Positions 39,841-52,678 of a stretch of DNA of 64,000 nucleotides are shown piece by piece (position 1 is the first letter of the stretch; every line of letters starts with the position of its first letter). Location: NCBI GenBank assembly GCA_030141605.1, contig JAQGDQ010000039.1, forward strand, positions 1-64,000. The letters are read 5' to 3'. Source of the DNA: Tubiluchus corallicola (lineage: Eukaryota > Animalia > Priapulida). Under the pieces are notes generated by a model. The model was not told the DNA's origin. It did no database searches and was given only the letters and a program-made list of their open reading frames with translations. Made by a program: the position numbers and the translations under genes.

Positions 39841-39926
39841 GGAGTAGATATACATATGGAAGGACATTCGGAGCTGGTACAAGAAGTGCGTCTGTCGCTG
39901 CGCCTGTCTTTCCCCTGTTGAATTAG
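39841..39926 (+). CDS. FAM166: FAM166-like gene 1, exon 10 (terminal)
   Basis: ttttggtctag acceptor; GSRYTYGRTFGAGTRSASVAAPVFPLLN*. Completes the GHVPG...YGRTFG repeat begun in exon 9. Confidence 0.85.
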
Positions 39927-40649
39927 AAAAATGCAGTCAAATAGAGCAATTCTGTTGTCATTGTTACGGTTTTTTTTAAGAAAATTGTGAATATTATAGA
40001 CTTATATCTTTTATAGACTTTGTAGTTCAAAAATTTTTAAGATTCGAAATGTAACGCAAAAATTAATTAAAATTTGAATTGAAAAAATGTGATCATGTTA
40101 TTAGTGAATTGTAAGCTGTTTTTTATTTTATACAAATATGATGTCATTATAGTTGAAAAATGTTTAAAGAATTTACTTGCTTCTTAAGATTTAATTTTAT
40201 ACTTATACAATCATCATAACACTCAATAAACTGTGCATATGGATTTTTAAAGTTTGTTGGTAGTATTTAACTCTATTCGTATTAACATTAGTAGGTAAAT
40301 GCCGTTATGTGTGAACACAGCTTTTTCAAGGTGCATTTATAAAATTTGAACAGTTTAATTTTAATTTATGCGTTGTTACTGACTACCCGCATGATTTGAA
40401 GAAAACTTGAACTTTTTTTCTTAGAACGAAAGACTTCATTCTTCTTTTGAAAACTGAAAATCTAAAAACCGTGAAACTTTTCCATGACTGCCTAAACTTT
40501 ATTTTTGCTTTTACCGCAATTTTGGTTGTTTGATTGTCGCTGCGAGACGTTTTAACAATTCATATTAGACCCATCTATCAATAAGGCGCGGGCATTCTTC
40601 TTAGTTTTTACTTGCTTCTCATAAAGAGGCTAACTTACATGAACATTCT

Positions 40650-41160
40650 AATCTGTAACACAGTAGAATGCCGGGTGGCGACAATGCCTGGAACAGCAGC
40701 GTAATTTATCAAAAGCAAAGGACACTGAATGTTCGAAATAGCCTGCAGCACGGTGTGGGGCGGAGGAAGAACTTTGAAATACACCCTTCCTATTTCATTT
40801 AGTGGACATCTCTCAAAACAAAGCCTTCATGCCTTATAGGACCGGCTCCTCCTCTTTCTCTGCAAGGATGCTTGTTTTTTCCCAACGTGCCCAAACTGTT
40901 GGACAAATTGAATTTTTCTTGAGAGTGTTTGTGCACTTTCAGCAAAAATTGGGGAAATTGGGGAAATGCCCGTTGCGGGACGCCATGGCCTTCCCTTGAA
41001 TTCTAAATACACTCCCTACACCCGCCGTTGACGGGGCTATCCAACTATTACCAGTACCACCCCAGGGCATTCCAAATAGGTGAAACGCACAAAAAGGGCC
41101 ATTTTTGGAGATTTTTTGCCCTCCGTTCCTTCTGGTGCGCCATATTAAAAAAACAAACAC
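40650..41160 (-). mobile_element. Dispersed repeat family B, copy 2
   Basis: Inverted homolog of 16500-16995. Confidence 0.7.
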
Positions 41161-41433
41161 CAGATGACAAATATATTAAAATTCATGTTATTGTACAATT
41201 TACTGATGTCATGCAGTTGAAAGTTACTTGGTCAACTGTAACTAGGAGACTTACCTAGTTACCTAGTCAACTGAAGCTTACCTCTTGCATGTGCTCTTTC
41301 CGCGCTTCTGCCCTCAACACAGCTGCAGAAGCCAAGTCGTCTGATTAGGTAGGTACCAAAATTAATATTCCTAACATTGACTTACTTCCATATGATACTA
41401 TCTAAGGCGTATCTCTCTTAGGTTTTACACAAT

Positions 41434-42117
41434 CAGGGCCGGCTCTAGGTATTTTAACACCCTAAGCAAAAATATTTTTAGCGCCCCATCCTCAATGATC
41501 AACCCCACGGCCACCCCACCCCCACTCCGATATTATTTTCCTTGTACAATATTATAATAAATTGTAATGGCAACTGTGTGTTAGGCTTATGCGTGTGTCC
41601 TAGTGTGCTGATTAAGAGAAGTTAATTACCTATATACAGCTTGTGCTGATTGAATTTTTAAATTGAATTTATGACCCTATTGTTCTCTATATGACTTGCC
41701 GGCTTTTTTACATCTCGTTTACTGTATTCCGTCCTGAAGACTTCGATTCTCATAGGTTTATCTGCCGTAGTTAGATACATGCTATTATAAGAATTTTTTT
41801 ATTAACGGAAGGATCATTTTATATAAAAGCTGCAGGCAAAACCAGGGTAATTCGTCAGTAATGTTTGTGTGAAAAGACGGAACTTTAGGAAACCAAATAA
41901 AGGGAAAACAGATAGTGTTTTTCCACGGAAAGAATCTAGCCGGCATGGGTGAATCATCTATTTTGAAAGGAAAATAACGCAACATGTTCGTTTCATTTAA
42001 TTAGAGGGGTGCACGAATTAGACATACATTATGCTATTTCTTATACTAAACTTAAAACTGAAAGTATTACTTCTAGAATTTGGCGTCCTCCAAAATTTGG
42101 TGGTAGAGCCGGCCCTG
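41434..42117. mobile_element. hAT-superfamily MITE with intact ends
   Basis: 14-bp TIR CAGGGCCGGCTCTA and a perfect 8-bp TSD TACACAAT (41426-41433 and 42118-42125). A decayed relative lies at about 42295-42550. Confidence 0.9.
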
Positions 42118-42799
42118 TACACAATTGTTACTAACGCCCGTCTTTGGGGTGTTATTTTGCTGGAAATATTTTAATGGTCTAACACACTGAAAGATTAACT
42201 ATAACTATAACATATAACTTAACTTTAGTGCAGGTTAATTTAATTCAACTTGAGCTTAATTAGTTATGCAAAATTTTAATGTATCCAACAAATAGAACCG
42301 GCTTTAGGTAGTTTGACGCCTTAGGCAAAAGTATCTATAGCTCCCCTCCTCAACTGGCAGCCCGTTCCCCACGGCCCCCACGAACCCCATCCACAGAATT
42401 GAATTCTTGTTGTATGTAAAAAAATATAATGGCATCTGTGTATTAGGCTTATACATGTATTATAGGGTACTATAGTTAATTACTTATCTACAGCTTGTGT
42501 TAATTTCATTTGCACTTTTGAAGTTATATTTATGACCCCATTATATGTCCCGGCTCTCCAAGAGTAGTCAAAAGATCTTCAATTTCTGTTGCACACAATT
42601 CATGCACATACTCTTGGCTAGAGTTTCTCTCAGTCTTCATGCTGGCAACAAAAGGAATAATGGATGTTTAAAATAAAAATTTGAATTCTTGAGCCTAGTA
42701 ATTGCGTTATGAATCATTTATAAAACAAGTCTTACATTATGACAGCTACTGTACGACAACATTGGGGTGTCGGAATCACAACACCAACGTCTTGTCAAA

Positions 42800-42896
42800 A
42801 TGGCGATGCTGGCTGAAAAAGTAGAGCTGGTGAAAAACAGGCAGCAGAGTTGGGGCGATCAGAAGTATGTGTTGAACATGGTACCGGGCTATACAG
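42800..42896 (+). CDS. FAM166B: FAM166B/CIMIP2B-like gene 2, exon 1 of 7 (327 aa total)
   Basis: MAMLAEKVELVKNRQQSWGDQKYVLNMVPGYT|G; the intron is at the same position as in gene 1. Confidence 0.8.
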
Positions 42897-42984
42897 GTAC
42901 AAATTGCAGTGTTGCGATGTAATCTGTGTCACCATCTGCGATGTTATATGTAGCAAAATATAGTTTGTATGTATAATATATTTC

Positions 42985-43580
42985 CGTGCTAGTAGTATGC
43001 TTGATTCGTCTCTACATTGTGTTTCTGTGTCACTTTTCTGTGCTAGTAGTATTTTTGATTCGTCTCTACTTTGTGTTTCTGTGCTAGTAGTATGCCTGAT
43101 TCGTCTCTACATTGTGTTTCTGTCACATTTCTGTGCTAGTAGTATTCTTGATTCGTCTCTACCTTGTGTTTCTGTGATGGTAGTATGCTTGATTCGTCTC
43201 TACATTGTGTTTCTGTGTCACATATCGGTGGTAATAGTATTCTTAATTCGTCTCTATGTTGCGTTTTTGCCATGTTTTTGTGCTGTACGTATTCTTGATT
43301 CGTCTCTACGCTGCGTTTCTGTGTCACGTTTTTGTGCTCTATTCGTTTTGTGTTCTGTTACTGTGTCACATTTCTGTGCCAGTAGTATTCTTAATCCGTC
43401 TCTACACTGCGTTTTTTGTAATATTTGTGTGTTAGTAGTATGCTTGTTGTATATAACATGCTATTTGTGTTGTGTTATTGTGCTACATACCTGTGCTGGT
43501 AGTATGCTTGACTCGTCTCTACATTGTCTTTCTGTGCCAAGTTTCTCTGTTAATAATATGTTTGATTCGTCTCTGCATGG
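42985..43580. repeat. Degenerate minisatellite (tgtgctagtagtatgcttgattcgtctctacattgtgtttc core)
   Basis: About ten repeated cores, intronic. Confidence 0.85.
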
Positions 43581-43842
43581 CATTTTGAACTGACAGGCAC
43601 AGCACCTACTTCTTGTGCAACGCGTTTCTGAGATGCAGGCGCTAGTGCTCGTCTAACTAGCAAACGGTGAAATGCATGTAATAGCGAAAAGCTAGTCATG
43701 CGGTCGCGAAATTACATTTCTGCAGTAATAATTCTTTCACGTCATTCTTGGAAAAATAGTATGTTTCCTTCCAATGGTTTATAGGGCAAATTGTTTAGAA
43801 CTGAAGTTTAAGATCGGATCTGGTTTTCCTTTAACTTAACAG

Positions 43843-43991
43843 GTTTCGTACCAAAGCATGAGAAGTATTTCGGCGAGCGGTATACTAGGAACTGTCTGGA
43901 CGCCATTGCTGACTTTGTCAAAGAGCAGAACAATCTGGACGCCAAAGATGCAGTGCAAGGTGTGAAACTGACCGGAAGAAATCTCAGCATG
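43843..43991 (+). CDS. FAM166B: FAM166B-like gene 2, exon 2
   Basis: GFVPKHEKYFGERYTRNCLDAIADFVKEQ...NLSM; AIADFVK is shared with gene 1. Confidence 0.85.
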
Positions 43992-44623
43992 GTGTGAAAT
44001 GATAAATATTTTCTTTAATTAATGGTGCTTCGTTTAGTAATTCTATGCTGTACATTGAAGAAGCTTTATGTGAGTAGGAACTGCAGAGTTAAGGGTATTC
44101 ATTCTGCTATGTACGGAAGGGTAAGGCTTTATATGGCCAGAGAAGTCCCAGCTAATTAATACGGGCTGTGCGCAGATGGAACGGTAGAGGTTAATAAAGA
44201 AAGGATGGCATAAAATCTTTGATTAGTGTTAACCATGGAAGATTCTATTATTAACCACGGATTTATTAGATGAAGGAATTCATCTTAGTTCAATAGATTC
44301 ATTCAACACCGATGTGGGTGGATCTTAACATTGAGAACTTAAAAAAAAGTAGCATGCATGTGAGGTAACGACAAATAGGCAAAACCACGTTGTTTGTTAA
44401 ATGTAATTCTACAACGAGTTATCAAACAAACTTTTAATTACCTATTAAATAATTATTCTAACGAAGAATTAATTAGAAGATTGTGGAATATCACACAGCA
44501 AACTACTGTTTCTTCGCCCACAACATTTAGTAAATTTTTGTCAACCAAAAGTACAATTATATTCTGTCGCTAATCTGTTTTGGTTATCAGATATTTACCA
44601 AGGTAATGTAATTTCGTTTGTAG

Positions 44624-44759
44624 ATTAGCACTCTCAGCCGGGATGCCCTAATTCCTCTAAAACCAGAACCTGATCCGTATTTCACACAAACGCCAATCCG
44701 GAAAACCCTTTCACCGTTTGACATGGACAGGGATGACCCCAAGCAGTACCACATGTCAG
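44624..44759 (+). CDS. FAM166B: FAM166B-like gene 2, exon 3
   Basis: ISTLSRDALIPLKPEPDPYF...LSPFDMDRDDPKQYHMS|G, resembling the FAM166B SPY.M...P.KYFMSGFTG motif. Confidence 0.85.
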
Positions 44760-45094
44760 GTAGCAATTAATAGTTTCTTTTCTTTCCCATGACTAACAGC
44801 AGCTAGCATAACACAAACGTGTGAATTTTTAAGACCAGTGAGCATGCGTGAATACTGGCCAGTTTCTGCGCAGGTAAAATGTAAGGTATGCATTTTCATG
44901 AACAGATGGCAGCACCTGTTGCATTGTCGCTTCATTGCACCGGCCATTATTCTTCATAGTTTTTTTAAAACCATCTTTTTGACAATTAAATAAATCATCT
45001 TTGGCCATAATTTGCACTGATACGGGGCCTCAGGATGAAGAAATGACATATAGTTCATGTTACTGTTAATAGGTTAACATTTCATAATCATGAT

Positions 45095-45525
45095 TATGGT
45101 ATCATGTCATGCCGTATCGTGTCGTATCATATCATATCATATAGCTTCATATCATAATATATTGCATCGTGTCGTACCGTAGCATATAGTATCATACCGT
45201 ATGATTTCATATCATATCATATTGTATCATGTCATATCATATCGTACCGTACCGTACCATACCGTACCGTACCATACCATACCATAGCATAGCATAGCGT
45301 ATCGTATCGTACCGTACCATATCATAGCATAGCATATCGTACTATACCGTACCGTACCGTACCGTATCGTATCGTATCGTATCGTATCGTATCATATATC
45401 ATATCATATCATATCATATCATATCATATCATATCATATCATATCATATCATATCATATCATATCATATCATATCATATCATATCATATCATATCATATC
45501 ATAGCACATCACATCACATCACATC
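45095..45525. repeat. Mosaic pentanucleotide satellite (atcat/accgt/atcgt/agcat/atcac)
   Basis: Direct read. Confidence 0.92.
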
Positions 45526-45549
45526 AATGATCTTTGTAGTATCACATAT

Positions 45550-47208
45550 CTCTTTTCGTCACTGCTCCAGTTATCGTGTATTATTAATTTCTCTAATTAA
45601 TATTGATTCTTATCTCTCGCTCGTGATCGTATAATCCGTGACCTAAGACACACGACTTATTTAAAGAGTGATTTGCCTCTATTACATTAATTGCTATAAG
45701 GTTATTCACAACCCGGCTCGTAGAGCTTAAGATAAAGTCTATAGAGCTATGATATCTTCTCACAAGACTGTTTCTATGACTCCGAGTTGTGATAAGAGTC
45801 TTAATCTCTAAAGCTTACTAGCAAAAGTTCCCGCAATTGAACTCGTAAATAACTTAATATACACCGCAAATCTTCAGATTCGTTTACAGAATTTAATGTT
45901 GCTTAACTGAAACACCTATAAGCATGCTCAAACTATTCATTTAAGTTAAAGCGAAATCCGTTTATTGTTTTACAACAATTACTCTTAGTCAACTAATATT
46001 ACAATGTCTGATCTTAATCGCCAAAGACGCTCACAATTAATAATTAGCTCCAAGAGACACTAATCAGATTCACTTAACTATTTCTTCGCTTCGCACTTAA
46101 GGTGCTAATTACAATGTGAAATATGCAATTACAATCAACTACACGTTACACTTAAGGTGTCTATTACTGTGATTAACTACTATGCAGAGTTGCTCTCAAG
46201 TTACGATATGTTAAGTTCACTTAACTTGGTGGAATGACCAATGACAACTGTTCAATTGGTCAAATCCAGTTCCGCTGCAAGACTCTATTCGCAGATCCAG
46301 TGCTCAAATCGTTGAGGACGCAGATTGTTGTCTACGCTGGGTCTAACGTGTCTTTGCTTCTCTCAGAATTCCTGTAGCCTCTCCAGACTTGATCTCCCTC
46401 TCTCCCGGACTGACTCACAACGTGTTCCGCAACCGACTAGCAACGTACTCCTCCGAACCTCATCTATCCGACTAGCTCCGTGCTCTTCCAAAACACCATC
46501 TTATATACTCAAATGGAGTTTTCGTAATATTGCGCGCGAACGCTGCAACGCGTCGCAATAGGTCATAGGTCACGTTCGTGGCTTGGTGGTTTATGACCAT
46601 CCAGATAGCAGGTAACGTAGCTTCTTACATGAGAAAACTCCGCTACTCGCCTTCGTCCTTCGCTCCTTGCGTCGCTTGGGTTATAAACTCTTGTTCAAGA
46701 AAAGAACCACTTTCTGCTTCTTCACAATTATAGTCCAGCAACTCCGCATAATATTACATGAGGTTTATTATCTAACCACGCAATGTTATAAAAATAAGCT
46801 TCGCTTCCTCTAAACTAAACACCTGTGACAAACTTTTACTCTCTAAATGAACACCTGTTCTATTCCTTGTAAACACAAACTCTGTGACGATAATTTCTTT
46901 CCTCGCATTAAATATGTGCTTTATCAGCTAAGTGAGTTCCCATATTCTTTTGATAAATTTGTCTAATCCAATTAGGAGGTCTCTTTATCAACATAATCTA
47001 ATGAAGTTGATAACTCCATTAATTAATCACTTAACTCATGATTCCGAAATTTATTCATAACAGTAGTTTATTTTTGTAGCTGAAAAGTGGCGGTTGAATT
47101 AAAATGAAGCTGAGTTGAGAGTTAAAAAGGCATAACGTGTGTAGGCCTACTTTGAATAAGTAAGTGTGGACAGATTATATTGACACAGCCTTCCTTAATT
47201 GACCCTAC
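45550..47208 (-). mobile_element. Possible large LTR or LTR-element remnant
   Basis: The minus strand begins TGTAGGG, has a TATA-like gagtatataa near 46500, and ends near tggagcagtgacg (PBS-like). It interrupts an (acatc) tract. No second LTR or clean TSD was found. Confidence 0.35.
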
Positions 47209-47735
47209 ACATCTCACATCTGATGTTGCATACACTTTATTAGTTAAATAACTGATTAATTAAATAATTGAATAATCATTGAAAGTAACGCATGTAGGCA
47301 ATTTATAATCTATCATATAATATTAAGTCAAGGAAATGTGTTGCTTTTCACAGCGAGTACGTTCTACTCAAATGTAGCTTGCGACACTAATAGTTTAATA
47401 CGCAGCTTTAGGCCACCAATCCGCCAATCGTCAACAATACGCGAACACAAGATCTAGTGTTTTATTTTAACAACGTTGACTGTCAATGACAGATTCGTCT
47501 AAAAATGGTTTGTTGTCGATATCTGGCGCAGTAACATGTCGGGGGCGGATACACGTGCAACAAAACCTTACTGAGAATCACCTTGGTTGAGTACCTCGTC
47601 TCCGAAGGTTATCCTTGATAAGAAGATAGGTACCGGCCCAGCCAAAACCATTCACAACTTGTACGCGTTGCTGTTCAGTGCTTGAGCTCGCAGAATGCAG
47701 AGTTGTACAAAAAATAATACACCTAAATTTCTTAG

Positions 47736-47960
47736 GTTACACGGGATACATACCAATGGCCATGGATAAACATGGAAAGAGTTTTGCTGTTATGACCAAC
47801 AAGGCAATCAGAGACTTTCAGGAAGCCAGATGGCGCCACCAGCGCTCACTGAAGCAACCTGTAGATTCTAGGAGGCGCACTCAACCGACGTCGACGTTGG
47901 AGTGCGAAGGTTTTGCTCAACGTGTGGCCCCGGCGGCTGATTATACAGGGCACATACCTG
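47736..47960 (+). CDS. FAM166B: FAM166B-like gene 2, exon 4
   Basis: GYTGYIPMAMDKHGKSFAVMTNKAIRDFQE...PAADYTGHIP; gtgagt donor. Confidence 0.88.
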
Positions 47961-48479
47961 GTGAGTTGTGATTTTCAATCGATAGGTGACACAAAAGCGC
48001 TTTTTTCATATTTTCCGAGTCCCATACTAGGTAGATTGCATGGGCTGGTCTATGGAATTTTCGCTATAAAATACGTAAGACAAGTAAAGGTAATTAAATT
48101 AGTGCAAAGTCTTACCACCCTGTACGTGAAACAATACGTTATGATAATACACGCTCAGGTACCTCTTCTATAATTTATGCGAAATACTATTGACGAATTT
48201 AGGGGGTTGTTTAAATGTTAAGCGAATAATAATAGACGTGGAAATCAGCTTGATCAGTAAAATACATCGGACGTTCTTTTAATTTATTTATTGTACGTGC
48301 CATTATGGATTTCTTAGTTCTTAATCTAAATTGTTTCATGCTATACTACCACGACAAAGATCTAGATCAAAAGTAAATTCGTTACTTTCCTAAAGGATTA
48401 CAAATTTCGTTCGGACGTGGAACGTTCCATTTCGAAGGTAGGCTAACTAGGCTCAGAATGTCTGAATGGATTACCACAA

Positions 48480-48842
48480 CCGGGCGAGATTATCTTACAG
48501 GCTAATATAGGTGCAGCTCAAAGCCCCACAAATTTAGGGGCCTTCAAGCTTTGAAAACATTTTGTAATCTTTTTTTCATTACAATTGTGCTGAAATATAT
48601 TTGGTTTGCAACAAATAGTAAGATAGCGTATTTTGTAAAGAATATTTTTATTGACAAACAAAAGATAGCTATTCTACCTTATTTAAAGAATTTGCAATAA
48701 ATTTACTTGAATTTATGTAATCTGTTGCTAAAACATATCACGAGCAAAAAATATTCAAGATTGTGTAGAGGGTTGCTCCGTTCTGAGGGGGCCCCATAAT
48801 TTCATTACCATAGGGGCCTCAAAAGGTCCTAATCCGGCCCTG
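48480..48842 (+). mobile_element. hAT-like MITE family C, copy 2
   Basis: Ends taatccggccctg; homologous to 32282-32662. Confidence 0.65.
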
Positions 48843-48994
48843 GTTGGTACTCTAAATTTTCTTTGCAAGGGAGACGAAAGCAGTAATGGATTTAAAAGGG
48901 AAACAGATGTCGTAGGCCTAATTAGGCCTGAGTAAAAAAAGTTGGTTAAATAATCATGTTTGTAGTAAAAACTCTTGTTTTAATTTGCTTACAG

Positions 48995-49051
48995 GCTACA
49001 AGTTCCATTGTGGAAGGACTTTCTATGGCTTAACACAAAATCTTGGCATTG
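48995..49051 (+). CDS. FAM166B: FAM166B-like gene 2, exon 5 (short)
   Basis: GYKFHCGRTFYGLTQNLGI; phase 1-1. Confidence 0.82.
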
Positions 49052-49314
49052 GTAGGTATTATTTACAGTTACACTTTAACGTAGATCTTTTTTGTGCTGA
49101 AAGTAAATGTTAGGCCTATTGCAAATACATTTTTTCGCTGCATCTTTAAACAATTAAACCGAAACATTGTATGTTAAAATAGACGTTTCAACATACCTGA
49201 AAATACATAACGATTGAGAATAAATGAGAAACTTTATGTAGTAGTCATAAGTCTATATATTATGTTGAGCCATAATGAATCAGAAATCAGTGTTAAATAG
49301 AAAACAGAAATATA

Positions 49315-49605
49315 TTGTACCTTCACTGGAACTCGAACACGAGACATGCAGTTACACTAACCATTACACCACAAAGACATCAGATTTTTCTTGACTTTTC
49401 AAACTCGGAAATTTACCCTCCCCATAGGGGTTTAGCAATGGGTAATTACAGCCCACATTGTGTTAAGACATGGAATCCGAAATCAAGTAAATCGAGCAAG
49501 CGAGCAACATTAAATCGGAAAGTCTAAAAAATGGAATTTTACTGGGACTCGAACGCAAGATCTGCTTTCCAGATAGCTATGGTAAGCATCACACCACAGA
49601 GGCAC
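49315..49605 (-). mobile_element. Two tRNA-derived SINE heads
   Basis: Minus strand tgtggtgtaatggttag...gttcgagttccagt and tgtggtgtgatgctta...gttcgagtcccagt; same family as 25350-25420. Confidence 0.55.
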
Positions 49606-49790
49606 TTCATTTTTCAGATTCATACCTTTACCGTATAAGCTATTTACTATTTACTCTAAAGTCGATACGTGAAACGGCGCACATGATTAAATATTGAATT
49701 ATTTCTATACCCGATACAACTAATCTTTTATTTTTAATGAAGCAACCTTTTAACGTAAACTGATGCGGCTTACTTAATGATTAAATTTAG

Positions 49791-50015
49791 ATAGTAAGAG
49801 ACCAGAGAAAACTGTACGCAAACAAGACCCTCTCATTCCCATCGGTACATGTCCACCTGTAGAACAGTTCAAAGATGACGTGGCGCTTAAAATGGCGTCT
49901 CTTCGAATACCAGCCGGGTTGGACACGAGATCAAAGAAGCCCTACAATGAACGGTGTCTGGAGGGATACGCTTTACGGGTTCGTCCCGCGCCCAACTACA
50001 CAGGGCACGTACCTG
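49791..50015 (+). CDS. FAM166B: FAM166B-like gene 2, exon 6
   Basis: DSKRPEKTV...EGYALRVRPAPNYTGHVP; 225 bp, the same length as exon 4. Confidence 0.82.
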
Positions 50016-51037
50016 GTAGGTTAATGAGTTAAACTACGTGTGTGAAACATTCCTCTGTCATGTCGTGTTTAGGGTTGCATCTCGTCACAAACCGAAGTCA
50101 GCAGTCACGAACTACTTAGAGGGGCCGTAAATTCCTCCAGTAGAGCTCGGGAGGGAGCCCCGGAAACCAAACATTGCCTGCATTTTAGATGTTTTGTGAG
50201 GTTTTTTCAGAAACTAAAATCAATAAATTCAAACTATAAAGTAGTACAAATTCATGATTTTAGGCTCCAAAATGCCCTAAAATTCTAAAACTTACAAAAG
50301 TGCAAGCAACGTATATCAATTTTTTTAGATTCTTCAAAAGAGTGAGTAGTGGCCGAAATCTGAATCTTTCCCGGTGCTTCACCTGATGACCATTTTCCTT
50401 TGGTGGTAATTTTGTACGTGTGTGACGTTTTAGATTGTGTGATTTGCAGTTGTTCGTCTCTTTTTCTTGTTTGTGTGATGTTGATGTCACTCGAGTTTAA
50501 TTCCTGGTCACATTTCTCACGTATTCTGAGGTTTTTGGAATCTGTTTAGGATTCGAATTATTAAACACTTTATGTTATGTGATTATAAAGCTAGAGCGAA
50601 GAATACTTGCTTTGCAGCATTTGCCGTTGTGCAGCAAAAATTGACGAAATGTAGACGCGGTGAAATGATGAAACTCATTCAATCATTTAAACTTAATTTA
50701 ATAAGTTTACTGTTTTTTGGCATAATCTTTTACAAAGTTTCATTAGCATGCAAGTTGCATTTCCGCTTAAATTTCAATGTGATGGTCGAAATCAAGAGAT
50801 TTCAAAATTTTTCAAAAATCTGACCGAACTACGGACCTTTGGCTGAATTTCAGGTGCCAACCCTACTGACTAAGGTTGCCACCACCACTCCTGATATTAT
50901 TATTTTATTATGATATTAAATATTATTTTTAGTGTCTATGTCGTTTGAAAAAATAATCCATTGTTTTTTAGTCGGACATGTTAAAGCGCTGCACTGATGA
51001 GTTGCTTTAATCATTTTTTGTTATTTTGCTGCTTTAG

Positions 51038-51132
51038 GACGAAGCTTTATTGTAGGAGAAACATTTGGAAAATGTACAAGAAAAATTACAGACGACAAGG
51101 GTTGCTACATCCCATTTCTCGACAAGGCTTAG
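51038..51132 (+). CDS. FAM166B: FAM166B-like gene 2, exon 7 (terminal)
   Basis: GRSFIVGETFGKCTRKITDDKGCYIPFLDKA*; aataaa signals near 51323 and 51378. Confidence 0.82.
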
Positions 51133-51862
51133 TCCATTTCACGGCACGACTATCCATTTTACCAATACAATTAATTATATATTGGTACTATTAGATAAAA
51201 ATATTAATGGATTTTGATTACGCTAGTGCTTAAACAACGTAACGTTGTGATTTGACAACGACGATTATGAAATTATTTTGTTGTGTTGTAAAAATTTAAA
51301 GCAGATTGAGAAAATAGAGTCAAAATAAAGTGAGTCTGACTGTAAACCTGACATGATTTTCAGAAGAAGTCGGTATAAATAAACCTCTCTTCAACACACA
51401 AACCCATTTCTAACTGCTAGTTAGTAACAGTTTTTGACCTGATCATTAGCAATCACTGGAACTCTGAAAAGACTTATTACTAATATCAAATTACATCCTT
51501 TTATAAAAAAATCACGAAACGTATCTTTATTGAAAATTGGCAGCAGCACAGCTAAACAAATCTGCTTGCGTGGATAACAACAAATTCTATTTAGAGTTTT
51601 TTTCCTTTACCGGACGTTGAGTGTTCATTAACAAAATGTCCTCCTGATACTTGCACGGCCGCTCCATAGCGAAGAATCAATCCTCGGTTTCTTTGATTAC
51701 AGTGCAAAGTGGGATTCGTAACATGCCAGGAAGAGACATTTGTAAGTAAAGGCGGAAAGGTTGGCATAATGAGTACTTGTAACAGAAACCATCATTTATC
51801 TATTCGATTATCACGAACATTTGAACATTGATCAACATGCTCCTCGTGGACATGAGGTACAG

Positions 51863-52678
51863 CTACCAGAAACATATCATTAGTGTTAAGAGAAGCTGTA
51901 GACCAATCATCCATCTATTTCCAGCGTGGACAGCAGAGGCAGCAAGTTGAACGTGAACGGTAGGCAGCAGCTCTACCTCCTTGCACCAGTAAACGTTGAA
52001 ACAGACTGCAGTGGGAGCAGGTATACCACATTCTGGCTTCGCACCATCTGGTGAATTTTGCAAAGGATATTGATTATGGCAAACGTGAACAACTAACCAG
52101 CGAAATTTCACTGGCGGCGAAAATTTTATAGTTGTGGTCACGCTGGGTTCTACTTTAAACAGATTCTGCCCACCTTGGTCTATTCTAACCGTATACCATT
52201 TATTGTCATCTATAAACTGCGCCTCTAAATAAGCGGAAGTCAATGTCTTCCTTCTGTTTTCGATTTCGCACTCTTTGGGGAACACGACTTTTGAAATAAA
52301 TCGTTCCGTTTCGAAAAATACGAAAAATGAATGTTCTGGTACGCCGGTGTCTGTGGAGTTATCAAAGGGTAACTCGCTTAGATTAAAGCCAGGTGAAATA
52401 TTATCCTTAAATGACCACCATTTGCTACTCAACGATTTACTTTGACCAACCATATCTTGGGGACCGCGACGGTACCAGACACCTACATGAGTTATGCAAT
52501 CCTGTCTGCATTCTACTTCATCGCACAGCTCGGTATAATTGACGCCCCATTCAGTAGAGGTACCGCTATAGTAGTACAAATTCGCCGACTGGACACAGTC
52601 TAGTAGGATGTACAAAATCGTAAAAATGTCTGTGAGCCAACAAACCGATGTGATGCAATACGAATTTTTTGCAACCAT
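51863..52678 (-). CDS. Secreted, probably GPI-anchored 271-aa protein with a divergent discoidin/F5-8C-like domain
   Basis: Long non-repetitive ORF; signal peptide ending VQS; 8 Cys in the mature part; C-terminal hydrophobic tail with no cytosolic region; FSPPVKFRWLVV and CFNVYWC motifs; a 5' UTR acceptor near 52756. Confidence 0.8.
   Translation of the reverse strand: MVAKNSYCITSVCWLTDIFTILYILLDCVQSANLYYYSGTSTEWGVNYTELCDEVECRQDCITHVGVWYRRGPQDMVGQSKSLSSKWWSFKDNISPGFNLSELPFDNSTDTGVPEHSFFVFFETERFISKVVFPKECEIENRRKTLTSAYLEAQFIDDNKWYTVRIDQGGQNLFKVEPSVTTTIKFSPPVKFRWLVVHVCHNQYPLQNSPDGAKPECGIPAPTAVCFNVYWCKEVELLPTVHVQLAASAVHAGNRWMIGLQLLLTLMICFW

Noticed and set aside
42997-43593. 198-aa Cys/Val-rich ORF
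   Set aside because: Intronic minisatellite translation.
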